Below, one piece after another: positions 10,119-20,494 of a stretch of 64,000 nt of DNA; position 1 is the stretch's first letter; the number at the start of each line of letters is the position of its first letter. Made by a program: the position numbers and the translations under genes. Below the pieces are notes generated by a model that ran no database searches, was not told the origin of the DNA, and worked only from the letters and a program-made list of their open reading frames with translations. The stretch is from a virus, in IMG/VR virus record IMGVR_UViG_3300003322_000423, positions 34,590 through 98,589 of that record. The stretch is one strand, 5' to 3'.

Positions 10119-11429
10119 ATGAGAACCACAGCGGCTAAAGTCATAAACCAGTGCGCTTCACAAGAGGGTTATCGTGAAGGTGCCGATAACTACAATAAGT
10201 ACGCCCCTATTGCTGGCCACGCCAATCACGAGGCTTGGTGTGCGACCTTCCTTGTTGCAGAATTCAAGGTAGCAGGTCAGGAATTACCACCCGGTGCGGA
10301 CACAGCGGGATGCTGGGAGAATGTACAGGCTTTCAAAAGAGCTGGGCGATTCTCCGTATACCCTGCCGTAGGTGCTATTTTCTTCATCGGGGATTCTGGT
10401 GATGAACACACCGGATTAGTGTACAAATACGATGGCTCGAATATCTATACAATAGAGGGTAATACAAATACCGATGGTTCCGCCAACGGTAACGGTGTCT
10501 ATAAACGGGTACGTGAACGTAGCTCTATCTACGGGTACGGATATCCTAATTATTCAGATGCCATAGTGTCAGCAGACCCCAAGTGGGGTGGTACAGCCAC
10601 TCCTCCCTCAACCACACCCCCGTCTGGAGGTTCTACAGTGCCTAGCATCAGGTTAACAGATGTACAGCCGGGAGACAACAACAGTTCCGTTCTTCTGGTA
10701 CAGAAAGCTCTCAAAAAGGTGTACCCCGACTTTGACTATTCGTCAGGGCCCGGAGTGTTCGGCCCCCGGACAACAGCCGCTTATGCCAGGTACCAGCGCT
10801 CATTGGGGTTCTCAGGTGCGGACGCTTCCGGTACGCCCGGGAACACTTCTCTTGTTGCGTTGGGTAAGCAAACAGGGTTGTTCACCGTGTCGGGTGCCAC
10901 TTCAACACCTGCGCCCTCTATACCTAGCACACCGTCCCAGCCTTCAGGGCCTACAACAGGGTCTAACTACGAGACGCGTCCTGAACCCTCTATGGACATG
11001 ACCCGGACCACTTACGGTGGACGTACTGTCAACCAGAGAACAAAGGTTTTGTTGCAGCGTGCTGCCGAAATCTACGGATCTCCGTTCTATCTGGTTCAGG
11101 GTTCGTACAACCGAGGCGGCGTGTCTGCCTCTGCCGGTACCCACGACGGTGGCGGAGTTGTTGACGTCGATGTGTCAAATATGAATACAAGTCAGCGTCT
11201 AAACGCTGTACAGGCTCTACGTAAGGCAGGTTTCGCAGCCTGGCTTCGCACTCCTGCCGAAGGGTTCTCCTACCACATCCACGCATGTGCGATAGGGGAT
11301 AGAGAAATGGCTTATGTTGCCAAGGATCAGGTACAAAGCTATTTCAATGGCCGTAATGGTTTGGTGTCAAATGCACGTGTAACTGACGCCCTTCACTGGC
11401 CGAATTGGGCAGACAAGTACAATTACTGA
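10119..11429 (+). CDS. endolysin: CHAP + PG-binding + LAS/M15-like peptidase
   Basis: AWCATF, HTGLV, TIEGNT; VQKAL..FGPRT; H-x6-D (HDGGGVVD) and HIH. Confidence 0.85.
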   Translation: MRTTAAKVINQCASQEGYREGADNYNKYAPIAGHANHEAWCATFLVAEFKVAGQELPPGADTAGCWENVQAFKRAGRFSVYPAVGAIFFIGDSGDEHTGLVYKYDGSNIYTIEGNTNTDGSANGNGVYKRVRERSSIYGYGYPNYSDAIVSADPKWGGTATPPSTTPPSGGSTVPSIRLTDVQPGDNNSSVLLVQKALKKVYPDFDYSSGPGVFGPRTTAAYARYQRSLGFSGADASGTPGNTSLVALGKQTGLFTVSGATSTPAPSIPSTPSQPSGPTTGSNYETRPEPSMDMTRTTYGGRTVNQRTKVLLQRAAEIYGSPFYLVQGSYNRGGVSASAGTHDGGGVVDVDVSNMNTSQRLNAVQALRKAGFAAWLRTPAEGFSYHIHACAIGDREMAYVAKDQVQSYFNGRNGLVSNARVTDALHWPNWADKYNY

Positions 11430-11467
11430 TATCAGATTGGGCAACAGCCCAGAAAGAAGTTAAACAC

Positions 11468-11665
11468 ATGTTCAGTCGTGAATTTTTATTGAAGGTCGCC
11501 AAGGAGGCCGTTCTTACATTCGTCGGCACTGCCGGGTCTGTATTCCTGGCCTTCGGGGATGGCCTTGAGAAGGCTGCTGTAGTCGGTGGCGTCGTTGCGG
11601 GTGTCCGTGCGGTTGTAGGTGTCATCGTCAAGAACGTTGGTACACCTAACTCACCTCACCTCTAA
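11468..11665 (+). CDS. holin
   Basis: Two hydrophobic helices directly after the endolysin. Confidence 0.7.
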   Translation: MFSREFLLKVAKEAVLTFVGTAGSVFLAFGDGLEKAAVVGGVVAGVRAVVGVIVKNVGTPNSPHL

Positions 11666-11722
11666 AGATAAAATCCATAGGGGGTGCATGGCACCCCCAC
11701 GTACCCCCTATCGGAGTTACAC

Positions 11723-12274
11723 ATGCAAGAAGACGGCATCAAGTGGCACCCCAAGGTGCGTATAGACAAGTACTCCCCGGAACAAATCAAAGTATGGACT
11801 GAATTTCTGGGTCACGAGCCCACAAGCGTGGATTTTGCAGACTGGGAGATCGAACCAGAGTCTGTAACCGAACTAGATGGAAATCAATTGGTGTCTGTAG
11901 GTCTCACACGTATCAGGGATCTGATTCTGGGCACTGGAGCAACAGGTATCACATCCACATCCGCACGTATCGGAGTAGGTAACGGTACAGCGGGTTTTTC
12001 TGCTGCCCATGTAGATCTGCAAGGTGCATCCAAGAGATTCAACATTCTCGATTCGCTCACCCCTGGAACAAGTAAGTTCACCGCAGTTGCCACCTTTGGC
12101 ACGGGTGATGCCAACTTTGCCTGGGAGGAGTGGTGCATAGACATCAAGAATACCGGGTCAGCCACCTCAGGTAATACTATTAATGATGTATTGCTGAACC
12201 GAAAAGTCGGCTCTCAGGGAACTAAAGCTTCCGGTGCCGTCTGGGTATTCACTGTAGATGTGACTATCTCATAA
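11723..12274 (+). CDS. virion structural protein
   Basis: ATFGTGDANFAWEEW..LLNRKV..GTK, typical of tail-module proteins. Confidence 0.6.
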   Translation: MQEDGIKWHPKVRIDKYSPEQIKVWTEFLGHEPTSVDFADWEIEPESVTELDGNQLVSVGLTRIRDLILGTGATGITSTSARIGVGNGTAGFSAAHVDLQGASKRFNILDSLTPGTSKFTAVATFGTGDANFAWEEWCIDIKNTGSATSGNTINDVLLNRKVGSQGTKASGAVWVFTVDVTIS

Positions 12275-12284
12275 AGACTTAGAG

Positions 12285-12309
12285 TAAGGGCAACGTTATG
12301 TTGCCCTTA
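12285..12309 (+). terminator. hairpin terminator
   Basis: TAAGGGCAAC/GTTGCCCTTA inverted repeat. Confidence 0.55.
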
Positions 12310-12327
12310 TAGTTTATTGGAGAGGGT

Positions 12328-14433
12328 ATGGCTAAGGACTTATTCAACAACAACGCTACCACAACCGTGACTTCTGGTGGAACCACAGCCCCTGCACAGG
12401 GCACCACTCAAACATGGACAGTGGCTAGCTCTTCATCTTTTCCTGCGGCCAGCAACTCCAGCAGTCCTGCTACACAGTTCTATGTGTGCGATCCAGCATT
12501 GTCAACGGAGCTGATACTTGTCACTAATGTCTCTGGTAGTACCTGGTCTGTTACTCGCGGAGCAGATGGTACAACACCTGTCGCACACACGTCAGGCTTT
12601 ACGGTACGCCAGATTGTTCCTGCTGCGTTTTTGAACAAGATAGAAACACAGGATGATGGTGTATTCAATGTCAAGCTCTACGGAGCTTTAGGGGATGCCA
12701 GTACGGATGACACATCCGCTTTCAACGCATGTATAAGCGCAGCAGAAACCTACGCGGCATCAAATGGCATGGCCAAAGTTGTAGTGCCTCCGGACTCCTA
12801 CAAAATCAATGGTCCTGTAACTGTCAAGGGCGATATAACATATGATTTCCGTGGGGCTTATATATTCAACGGCAACACTTTTTCAAGCAGTGGTAGTGGT
12901 TGGCACATGTTCAACTACACAGCCGCTTCAGGCTACGCCGGAGAAAGTAATGTAACTGTTCTCGGGGGTGTGTTTGATGCCAAAGGGCAGAATGCCGCCA
13001 CGTGGACCAGTGGTGGAGATATCGCAAAGAACATTTTCCTTATCGGAGATGGCCGTAACTACCGGTTTGAGAGCTGCACTTTTAGAAATGTACCCAGCTA
13101 TCACGCCTTGGATGTAAATGGTATTGACGGACTTGTCGTCAATAACTGTCGTTTTGAAGGATTCACAGACAACAACAGCCCGTCCAGACGTAGCAACTCA
13201 GAGGCTATTCAGCTTGAAAACGGTACTGGTGGAAGTCCTTGCAAGAACGTCAAAGTGACTAACTGTTATATGGGTCCTGCGGTTGACGGTTCAGGCTTAG
13301 GTGGATTTGGCAGACTGGTGGGATCTCATACTGATACAAACGGTACGTATCTGTCAAACATTGTTGTCACAGGAAACACTATCGAATCACCTTTGTCTCA
13401 CGGGGTGGGCTTCTATTCCGTTACAGACAGCGTGATAGCCAACAACGTCATCACCGGGGCGGGTAAAGACGGCATCAAGCTGACAGCCGGAAACACTTCC
13501 AGCACAAATCAAAATTTCAACGTAACAATAGCTAACAACATAATTCGGGACTGTACTCTTGCTGGCATCAACCTAGAGGCATCCAAGAAATGTGTTGTGA
13601 CTGGTAATTTTATTTATGATACAGATCAACAAGGTATAAATCTGTCTAAGCCACCTACCGGGTCTGATAACCCTGGCGGTAATGCTCAGCCTTGCCCAGA
13701 CAATATTATCACCAATAACACCATCATCGGTGTATGCCGAAGTGCTGGCACCTTAGGGGCTATCAATATTTCAGGAGATAACAATACCAAAAACTACATA
13801 GTAGGTAACAGCTTCAGACAGTACGGGTCGGGTACTGAAGCTGCTGCACCTATCCGTATTGAAGGTACAGGTGCAGGCAATAACTATTTTGTAGGCAATA
13901 TCTTTGGTCAAGACTGGTTTGCTAACTACGACAGCAATATAGTAACAAGCAATGCAGCTTTCTGGGATAATGAAAGATGGCACACTAAGGTAAAAACTGC
14001 GGATCAGGCTGTTACTAGCGGTACTCTGACGGACGCTACAGATCTGGTATTCAGGGCAGATGGGAACGCTGTATATGAAATTGAGTTTTGTATACGTTTC
14101 TCCACAAATGCCACGGGAACACTATTCCGAAGCTCCTGGACAGTGCCTGCGTCCACTACAGGTATAAGACTAATTACAAGCCCCACAAATAATACAGCCA
14201 CCTTTACAGGCAACCAGGACACCAATGCTAGGTTTGAGGGTAGATCCTATACCAGTAATATGGATACAGCGGGTGCAGGTAACTCCAATGTTGATCAGTT
14301 AATCCTAGAAAGAACTATATTGACCACATCGTCAACTGCGGGTAATGTTCAGTACCAGTTCTGCAATGTAAATGCCACTACCGCCACTTTAAAGACTGGT
14401 TCTTATGTAAGATGGCGTAAACTAGAGGCATAG
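12328..14433 (+). CDS. tail spike/fibre with a pectate-lyase-like right-handed beta-helix
   Basis: FNVKLYGA.GD..TDDT.AF followed by repeated V..N.I beta-helix rungs. Confidence 0.85.
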   Translation: MAKDLFNNNATTTVTSGGTTAPAQGTTQTWTVASSSSFPAASNSSSPATQFYVCDPALSTELILVTNVSGSTWSVTRGADGTTPVAHTSGFTVRQIVPAAFLNKIETQDDGVFNVKLYGALGDASTDDTSAFNACISAAETYAASNGMAKVVVPPDSYKINGPVTVKGDITYDFRGAYIFNGNTFSSSGSGWHMFNYTAASGYAGESNVTVLGGVFDAKGQNAATWTSGGDIAKNIFLIGDGRNYRFESCTFRNVPSYHALDVNGIDGLVVNNCRFEGFTDNNSPSRRSNSEAIQLENGTGGSPCKNVKVTNCYMGPAVDGSGLGGFGRLVGSHTDTNGTYLSNIVVTGNTIESPLSHGVGFYSVTDSVIANNVITGAGKDGIKLTAGNTSSTNQNFNVTIANNIIRDCTLAGINLEASKKCVVTGNFIYDTDQQGINLSKPPTGSDNPGGNAQPCPDNIITNNTIIGVCRSAGTLGAINISGDNNTKNYIVGNSFRQYGSGTEAAAPIRIEGTGAGNNYFVGNIFGQDWFANYDSNIVTSNAAFWDNERWHTKVKTADQAVTSGTLTDATDLVFRADGNAVYEIEFCIRFSTNATGTLFRSSWTVPASTTGIRLITSPTNNTATFTGNQDTNARFEGRSYTSNMDTAGAGNSNVDQLILERTILTTSSTAGNVQYQFCNVNATTATLKTGSYVRWRKLEA

Positions 14434-14461
14434 TAAGTATCATACCTTTGGGAGGTGAACC

Positions 14462-15316
14462 ATGGCTCAGCACACATCACAACCCGGCTTGGCTCAGCCT
14501 GGTTTGCTTATTCCGGGTTTTCCGGGAGACTGGACCACTTCTGACAGTGAATCCATGTCCTTGGTGGATTCCTCTGTAGTAGCCCTCAACAGTACTGATT
14601 CAGTGAGTTTCACCGATCTGTCCACTCTGACGCTGACCTCTTCCGACGGTCTTACCCTGACGGACACTGAGACGCCTGCCGCTGCTGTATTGTTCAACTC
14701 TGATTCTATATTCATTGTTGATACTTCTGTGCGTCTGGCCACTGACAGTCAGGCGGGCAGAGATCTTGTACAAGGCCCGGCTCTTGTATATGTGGCTGAT
14801 TACGGAACCCCGGAGCCGACAGATATGTCATCCCTTAATCCTGCGGTATGGACATCCCTGGGAGGCACGCTAGGAGGGGTGGAAATAGTTATAAGTCAGA
14901 CCCTAGAGGACAAGGCAAAGACTGTACAACAGCCTGATTCATCCATGGGACGATACGTAAAACGGTCTATGACAGCAAAGATGAATTTGGCTGAAGTGAC
15001 ATTACAGAATCTTTTATATGCCGCAAATGTGGGCTCTGTAACTTCAGGTGCAGGTTACTCCTATTTCTTGCCAGGAACCGTTGACAGAGCAACACCCTTG
15101 ACGTACAAAACCGTGATCATAGACGGTTGGGCACCTGCCAAGGATGTAAACAGTCAGGTGACAAAAAGACGTAGACTCATAATGAGGAAATGCCTGTCGA
15201 CGGATTCTTCAGTTGTCTCGTATTCCAAAGAAAAGCAGACTACCCAATCTGTGCTCTGGACAGTTCACGGCATTTCGGATTCCGTGACCCCGTTCAAGAT
15301 AATAGATGAAGAGTAG
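14462..15316 (+). CDS. structural protein with a tail-tube-like C-terminal domain
   Basis: LVQGPA.VY...W..LGGT.GGV...LAE.TL.NL, resembling actinophage major tail proteins. Confidence 0.55.
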   Translation: MAQHTSQPGLAQPGLLIPGFPGDWTTSDSESMSLVDSSVVALNSTDSVSFTDLSTLTLTSSDGLTLTDTETPAAAVLFNSDSIFIVDTSVRLATDSQAGRDLVQGPALVYVADYGTPEPTDMSSLNPAVWTSLGGTLGGVEIVISQTLEDKAKTVQQPDSSMGRYVKRSMTAKMNLAEVTLQNLLYAANVGSVTSGAGYSYFLPGTVDRATPLTYKTVIIDGWAPAKDVNSQVTKRRRLIMRKCLSTDSSVVSYSKEKQTTQSVLWTVHGISDSVTPFKIIDEE

Positions 15317-15390
15317 GTGGAACGGCTTTTAAACAGATTTATGCGGTATACTTGTAGGGCCATAAACATACTACAGAAGACGGAGCGCGT

Positions 15391-15729
15391 ATGTCTGCCT
15401 TTTATCTCATAATCGAACAGGGCACTACATCGCAGTACGCGTGGCCTGTCTATGATGATGACAACAATTCCGTAGCCGTTTCAGGTTACACAGCAAAAGC
15501 CCAGGTAAGACGGTCTGTCAGTGACTCAACGGTACTGCATGAGTGGTCTACAGCCAGCGGAACAATACTCCTGCAAGGAAACCTCGTAATCCTCGTAACC
15601 CCGCCTGCTACATCTCTGGCGTGGACGTGGACCAAGGGGGTTTATGACATTCTCATAACTGCACCAGACACAACGGTCAGCCGAGTTGCTGAAGGAGTAA
15701 TAGAGGTCAGCCGGAGCGTCACAAGATGA
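15391..15729 (+). CDS. minor tail/baseplate-type protein
   Basis: IEQG...GYTAKAQVR...GVYD...R..EG.I.V. Confidence 0.65.
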   Translation: MSAFYLIIEQGTTSQYAWPVYDDDNNSVAVSGYTAKAQVRRSVSDSTVLHEWSTASGTILLQGNLVILVTPPATSLAWTWTKGVYDILITAPDTTVSRVAEGVIEVSRSVTR

Positions 15730-15941
15730 AAATACGTCCTCCTGTGAACCTGACACCTGTACATACCGGCGAGCCGGTATCTTTGACTGACCCTGAACCT
15801 TTACCAGGAGTGGTTATCTATGATCGATCACTCTGGTTCCAGGGTGAGGGTACACCACCTAATCCGGATACTATCGGGGCTAAAGATGGCGATTGCTATC
15901 TAGACACCCTGACAGGTGATGTCTATCGCTTGGAGGTCTGA
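15726..15941 (+). CDS. small tail-associated protein
   Basis: GA.DGDCYLDT.TGDVY motif; translationally coupled. Confidence 0.6.
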   Translation: MKIRPPVNLTPVHTGEPVSLTDPEPLPGVVIYDRSLWFQGEGTPPNPDTIGAKDGDCYLDTLTGDVYRLEV

Positions 15942-16187
15942 ATGGGTTGGGTGTATATAGCAAACATACGCGGGCCTCAAGGAGCATCAGGCGGAGATAT
16001 TTTTGAGTTCGAGCAAGTCGGCCCGTTATTTGATTGGACTATCAATCACAATCTGGGCAGGTATCCAGAAATCACAATTATCGGGGTAGATGGCAATCAG
16101 TTGGTTACTGACGTAGAACATGTCAGTAAGAACACGGCCATTCTCCACTTTGGAATAGCAACTAGCGGGAAGGCTGTGTGTAACTAA
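15942..16187 (+). CDS. small tail-associated protein
   Basis: WTINHNLGRYP motif. Confidence 0.65.
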   Translation: MGWVYIANIRGPQGASGGDIFEFEQVGPLFDWTINHNLGRYPEITIIGVDGNQLVTDVEHVSKNTAILHFGIATSGKAVCN

Positions 16188-17185
16188 TGGCATTGAAAAT
16201 CGGTAATGGTCTAGATCTACTAAACCAGAGAATTGTTAACGTAGGTGACCCTACAGGTGCTGCTGATGCAGCTAACAAACAATATGTTGACAACGTAGCA
16301 CGCGGCTTAAACTGGAAAGAAGAAGTCAAGGCTGCCACTACAACAACTCTTGCAGCAAACACCTACAGCGCTGGAGGTAAGACTCTTACAGCCAACGCCA
16401 ACGGGGCTCTGTCTACAATTGACGGTGTAAGCTTAAGTGTCAATGACCGTGTATTAGTCAAAGATGAAGCAACTGGCTCTAATAACGGCATTTACACTGT
16501 AACCTCTCTCGGCAGTGGTGCTGCACCTTGGGTATTCACCCGAGCGGTAGATGCTGATACTACAGCAGAATTTGCCAAGGGTTGTACTGTAACCGTAATG
16601 GCTGGTACTGCAAACGGCGACAAGGCGTTTACTCTTACCAACGATACGGCCCCAACGCTTGATTCAAGTTCTCTTACCTTTGGTGTTGTAGGCGGTGGAC
16701 AGACCTATACCGCAGGAAACGGTCTGACAGGAAGCACAACATTTTCCGTGTTGGCTAATGGTACATCTATAGATGTATCTTCCTCAGGTATTAAGATTGC
16801 GGATGCCGCAGCCGGTAACGGTCTGGGTGTTTCAGCCGGTATTCTTAGCGTAAACGCTGGGACAGGTCTGGAAATAAACACAGATAACCTCAGAATTGCT
16901 ACAACTGCTGCTGGTACAGGTCTTACAGGTGGTGGTGGTTCCGCATTAAGTATTGACACTACCCTGACTTGCCGCAGGTATTCCACACTTATTGGTAATG
17001 GTTCTTCTACAGCTATCACCGTAACCCATAACCTTAATACCAAGGATATAACGTGGAGCATCCGAGACACAGCAGATGACTCTTTTGTGTTTGCAGATGT
17101 AGTAGCTACAAGCTCTACTCAGGCTACATTTACCTTTGCTACAGCTCCGGCCAGCAATAAATACAGCGTCACAATTACAGGCTAA
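16187..17185 (+). CDS. fibre/decoration protein
   Basis: DAANKQYVD, DRVLVKD...NGIY, AGNGL repeats. Confidence 0.75.
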   Translation: MALKIGNGLDLLNQRIVNVGDPTGAADAANKQYVDNVARGLNWKEEVKAATTTTLAANTYSAGGKTLTANANGALSTIDGVSLSVNDRVLVKDEATGSNNGIYTVTSLGSGAAPWVFTRAVDADTTAEFAKGCTVTVMAGTANGDKAFTLTNDTAPTLDSSSLTFGVVGGGQTYTAGNGLTGSTTFSVLANGTSIDVSSSGIKIADAAAGNGLGVSAGILSVNAGTGLEINTDNLRIATTAAGTGLTGGGGSALSIDTTLTCRRYSTLIGNGSSTAITVTHNLNTKDITWSIRDTADDSFVFADVVATSSTQATFTFATAPASNKYSVTITG

Positions 17186-17204
17186 TAGCTAAGGGAGGGC
17201 AGCT

Positions 17205-18965
17205 ATGCCTAAAAATGTAATGCCGGATAAAACTCTAGAGGCGTTTACAACTCAGGCATTTGCCTCTGTCTTTACTCCGGATATCTCCAATGCGAGTATG
17301 GTGCAGGTCACTCTGACAGGTTTGATGTCTCAGGTAAATTCACCTACGGGTAGAACCTTTGGGGTATTCACCCTGTCGTTTGTCCAGAATGCCACTGGGG
17401 GCAACCTTGTAGGTTGGAACACCACAGACTACCCTGATTTCTCTGGAAGCGGGTGGACCCCCAATTTGGCCGCTAACTCTGTGTCCAGCATATCCTTTTA
17501 CTATGATTCTAACTCAAGTAAATGGCGCCCTTTCGCCTCTTTCAATGGGGATGTGTGGGCGTTCCAAAGCTCTGGCACAGCTAACGGTAACAACGTTCTC
17601 CGGGTGGGTAACAAAAGTCTAGGGTCAGATGCTAATGGTATAACCACCAGTACCCTTACAGCGTCAACGGTTTTGCAAAGCCCCACTATACAAGGGAGTA
17701 CCTCTTCTGGCGGTACTCTGACTCTTACATCTACAAGCAATGCCACAAAGGGGAAAATCCTTTTCGGTACATCAGCCTACGATCAAGTCAACAACCGACT
17801 CGGTATCGGCAACAACGCCCCGGGTGTAGAGCTTGATGTAACTGGTTCTGCTGCTGTAAGCACTGCTGTCACCTCCCCCACCCATAGAGGAGCTACTACC
17901 TCGGGTGGAAACATGACGTTGCAATCAACGTCAAATGCCACCAAGGGGAAGATTCTTTTTGGTACCTCGGCATACGATGAAGTAAACAACAGGCTGGGTA
18001 TAGCCAACAGCGCTCCTGGTGTTGCCCTAGATGTCACCGGCGCTGCCGCCGTTAGTACCAGCGTTACTACCCCGACTGTCAGCGGTTCATCCTCTGCCTC
18101 GGGGACTCTGACACTTGGTTCTACCTCTAATGCCACTAAAGGGAAAATCCTATTCGGCACGTCAGCCTATGATGAGGTCAACAACCGCCTAGGTGTTTCA
18201 AATGCAAGCCCTGCCGTAGCCTTAGATGTAACTGGCTCAGGCAATATAACTTCTGACTTGACTGTTCCTACCATTCAGGGAAGTTCTAGTTCGGGCGGTA
18301 CGTTAACCCTCAAATCCACTACAAACGCGACTAAGGGCAAGGTGCTGTTCGGAACCTCTGCTTACGATGAGGTCAACAACAGGCTAGGTATCGCTAACTC
18401 GTCCCCCACGGCACCTCTGGACGTTACAGGGGCAGGAGTATTCTCCAGCACTGTGACTGCTGCTGACCCTACAGCTTCTACTCACCTGGCCACAAAGAAC
18501 TATGTAGATCAACGGCAATTAGGGTCTTTGGTTAGTAGCGCAACAGCTATTGGTACTACTATTACAGCTACAGGTATGAGCATCTCTAGTGTCCCAGCAG
18601 GTTCCTGGACTTTATATGCTTATATACCTGTAGTAACTGTCGGTACTACCATGTCTTGTACCATAACACTATCCCCTAGTAGTGGGCCCACAGTAACTTC
18701 TTTGTTTTATAACTGGAATAGAACCACACTTACTACTACTCTGGCTTCATCATCCCAAAACACCGTTATACCCTCATCACAGGCATTTAATCAAAGTCCT
18801 AGTATATATGGTACAACTAATACGGCAGGTACCTACCTAATAGAACTACAGGGGGGTATGGTATCCACCACTTCGGGAACCATCAGTATAAGTATGACTC
18901 GAACCGGGGGCACTTCCATCACGGTACAACCGGGCTCCTACCTTAGACTTGAAAGAGTTGGTTAA
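17205..18965 (+). CDS. tail fibre with four internal repeats
   Basis: 4x STSNATKGKILFGTSAYD.VNNRLG..N..P...LDVTG. Confidence 0.8.
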   Translation: MPKNVMPDKTLEAFTTQAFASVFTPDISNASMVQVTLTGLMSQVNSPTGRTFGVFTLSFVQNATGGNLVGWNTTDYPDFSGSGWTPNLAANSVSSISFYYDSNSSKWRPFASFNGDVWAFQSSGTANGNNVLRVGNKSLGSDANGITTSTLTASTVLQSPTIQGSTSSGGTLTLTSTSNATKGKILFGTSAYDQVNNRLGIGNNAPGVELDVTGSAAVSTAVTSPTHRGATTSGGNMTLQSTSNATKGKILFGTSAYDEVNNRLGIANSAPGVALDVTGAAAVSTSVTTPTVSGSSSASGTLTLGSTSNATKGKILFGTSAYDEVNNRLGVSNASPAVALDVTGSGNITSDLTVPTIQGSSSSGGTLTLKSTTNATKGKVLFGTSAYDEVNNRLGIANSSPTAPLDVTGAGVFSSTVTAADPTASTHLATKNYVDQRQLGSLVSSATAIGTTITATGMSISSVPAGSWTLYAYIPVVTVGTTMSCTITLSPSSGPTVTSLFYNWNRTTLTTTLASSSQNTVIPSSQAFNQSPSIYGTTNTAGTYLIELQGGMVSTTSGTISISMTRTGGTSITVQPGSYLRLERVG

Positions 18966-18967
18966 CA

Positions 18968-19200
18968 TGGTATTAGGCTTAACACCTGAGGCATACATTG
19001 TATATTACTTACCAGATCTGTTAAACAATCCTGTGGTAGCCTCAGTGAATGGCGGGCTGCTATTCTTCAGATCTTATTCAGATGCAAAACAAGCAGCAGA
19101 GATCTTTCTAGCATCTTTTACAGACCCTGAGCATTACGGACCACCTCCGTACGTATGGATACAACCAGCCTCTAAACTATGGATTAATGGAGTAGACTAA
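18968..19200 (+). CDS. hypothetical protein (start uncertain)
   Basis: Tightly packed ORF. Confidence 0.5.
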
Positions 19201-19496
19201 TGTTTGAACCAAGTTACCCTGAAACCTTCAATAAACTCTACTGGTTCTATTACACTTCTATTGTTTATTGGGACGATTCTGGAGAAACTCAAGAAGCCTA
19301 TCTGGTTCTAGCTTCTGGAATAGAGGATGATCTATATACACGTGCGGAAGAGGGGCACAATTTGCTGATGTCTGGAGAAGTACCATTTATCAGTCTCCCA
19401 GAAACGGGCGGTAGGTTTTTAAATATAAATTCTGTAATATCCATAGGGCCGATAGAATCTGTGTATAAAAACTACATTGCAACTATAGACGAGTAA
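19200..19496 (+). CDS. hypothetical protein
   Basis: TAATG coupling. Confidence 0.55.
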   Translation: MFEPSYPETFNKLYWFYYTSIVYWDDSGETQEAYLVLASGIEDDLYTRAEEGHNLLMSGEVPFISLPETGGRFLNINSVISIGPIESVYKNYIATIDE

Positions 19497-19520
19497 TATT
19501 ATCGTTAATGCCATATACTC

Positions 19521-19556
19521 AAAGGTGAGGTAAACTGCTACTTCACCTTTTTATTT
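19521..19556 (+). terminator. intrinsic terminator between convergent units
   Basis: AAAGGTGAGG/CTTCACCTTT followed by a T-tract. Confidence 0.6.
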
Positions 19557-19564
19557 AGTCGCCA

Positions 19565-19780
19565 TCACCAGAGGTGAAGAAACAGCCAGGTGAAGAACCC
19601 GGCAAACACAGCCTTACCCAGCTTGCTCTTCTTATGAACCCCCAGAACCTCCCGGAGATGGAAGCTCAGGGGCGCGTGGGGGTGCTTGGTGCGCAGAGCC
19701 TGCGTCTCAGCAGCAGCAAAGAACGTAGCCCACGCAATCCACACAAGTCTCCAGCGTTGTACATCAGAAAGCTTGTTCAT
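19565..19780 (-). CDS. small membrane protein
   Basis: Two hydrophobic segments; GGAGG upstream of the ATG. Confidence 0.55.
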   Translation of the reverse strand: MNKLSDVQRWRLVWIAWATFFAAAETQALRTKHPHAPLSFHLREVLGVHKKSKLGKAVFAGFFTWLFLHLW

Positions 19781-19829
19781 GGTCCACCTCCGACTCAAGC
19801 GACTAATCTAACTAAATTGTGGCACACGA

Positions 19830-19859
19830 AAGCCCCTTACGCAAGACGTAGGGGGCTTA
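19830..19859 (-). terminator. terminator at the end of the tRNA cluster
   Basis: AAGCCCCCTACG/CGTAAGGGGCTT hairpin. Confidence 0.55.
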
Positions 19860-19863
19860 AAAG

Positions 19864-19937
19864 TGGTGGCGCCGCCCCGAGTCGCACGGGGGTCAAAGGG
19901 TTATGAGCCCTTTATGGAACTCCTCCACTACAGCGCA
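19864..19937 (-). tRNA. initiator tRNA-fMet (CAT)
   Basis: 1:72 mismatch, three G-C pairs in the anticodon stem, encoded CCA. Confidence 0.85.
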
Positions 19938-19938
19938 G

Positions 19939-20012
19939 TAGTTCTGACGGGATTCGAACCCGTGATCTTCTCCTTATGAGGGAGCTGCCCTAAACCACTA
20001 GGCCACAGAACT
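19939..20012 (-). tRNA. tRNA-Met or Ile2 (CAT)
   Basis: Cloverleaf, loop CTCATAA. Confidence 0.85.
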
Positions 20013-20083
20013 ATAGAAAGGAACAATGTCAGGTACAGCCGTGTCTCCTGATGTGGCCTGGCCCAGCTACTCATTGTTCCTTG

Positions 20084-20158
20084 TTCCACCGACGGGATTT
20101 GAACCCGTGACCAACACATTATCAGTGTGTCACTCTTACCAGACTGAGTTACGGTGGA
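20084..20158 (-). tRNA. tRNA-Ile (GAT)
   Basis: Cloverleaf, loop CTGATAA. Confidence 0.9.
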
Positions 20159-20236
20159 GATGTGACGGTTTTCCTGAGGCCCTACTTAAAGGATGCTGCG
20201 CTCTTGCCCCTCAGAGGTCGAACCGTCAAACCTCGC

Positions 20237-20310
20237 GCGACCTAGACGGGGATCGAACCCGCGACTTCCACCTTGACAGGGTGGTGCTCTAACCACTGAA
20301 CTACTAGGCC
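20237..20310 (-). tRNA. tRNA-Asp (GTC)
   Basis: Cloverleaf, loop CTGTCAA. Confidence 0.92.
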
Positions 20311-20494
20311 AAAACCCTGCCCACAAGGAACAGGATGGGTTATAAATTATACACATATTTCGTAAGGTTCAAGAGACTTTCCCACCTGGTACAGAGGTGT
20401 TCTCCATTGCTACTTACGATCCTTTATTACCCGTCTCTTTTCAGGGAGCGATTCCGTGTACCCGGCAGACGGAGCGTGATGTGTTTACGCCGCG

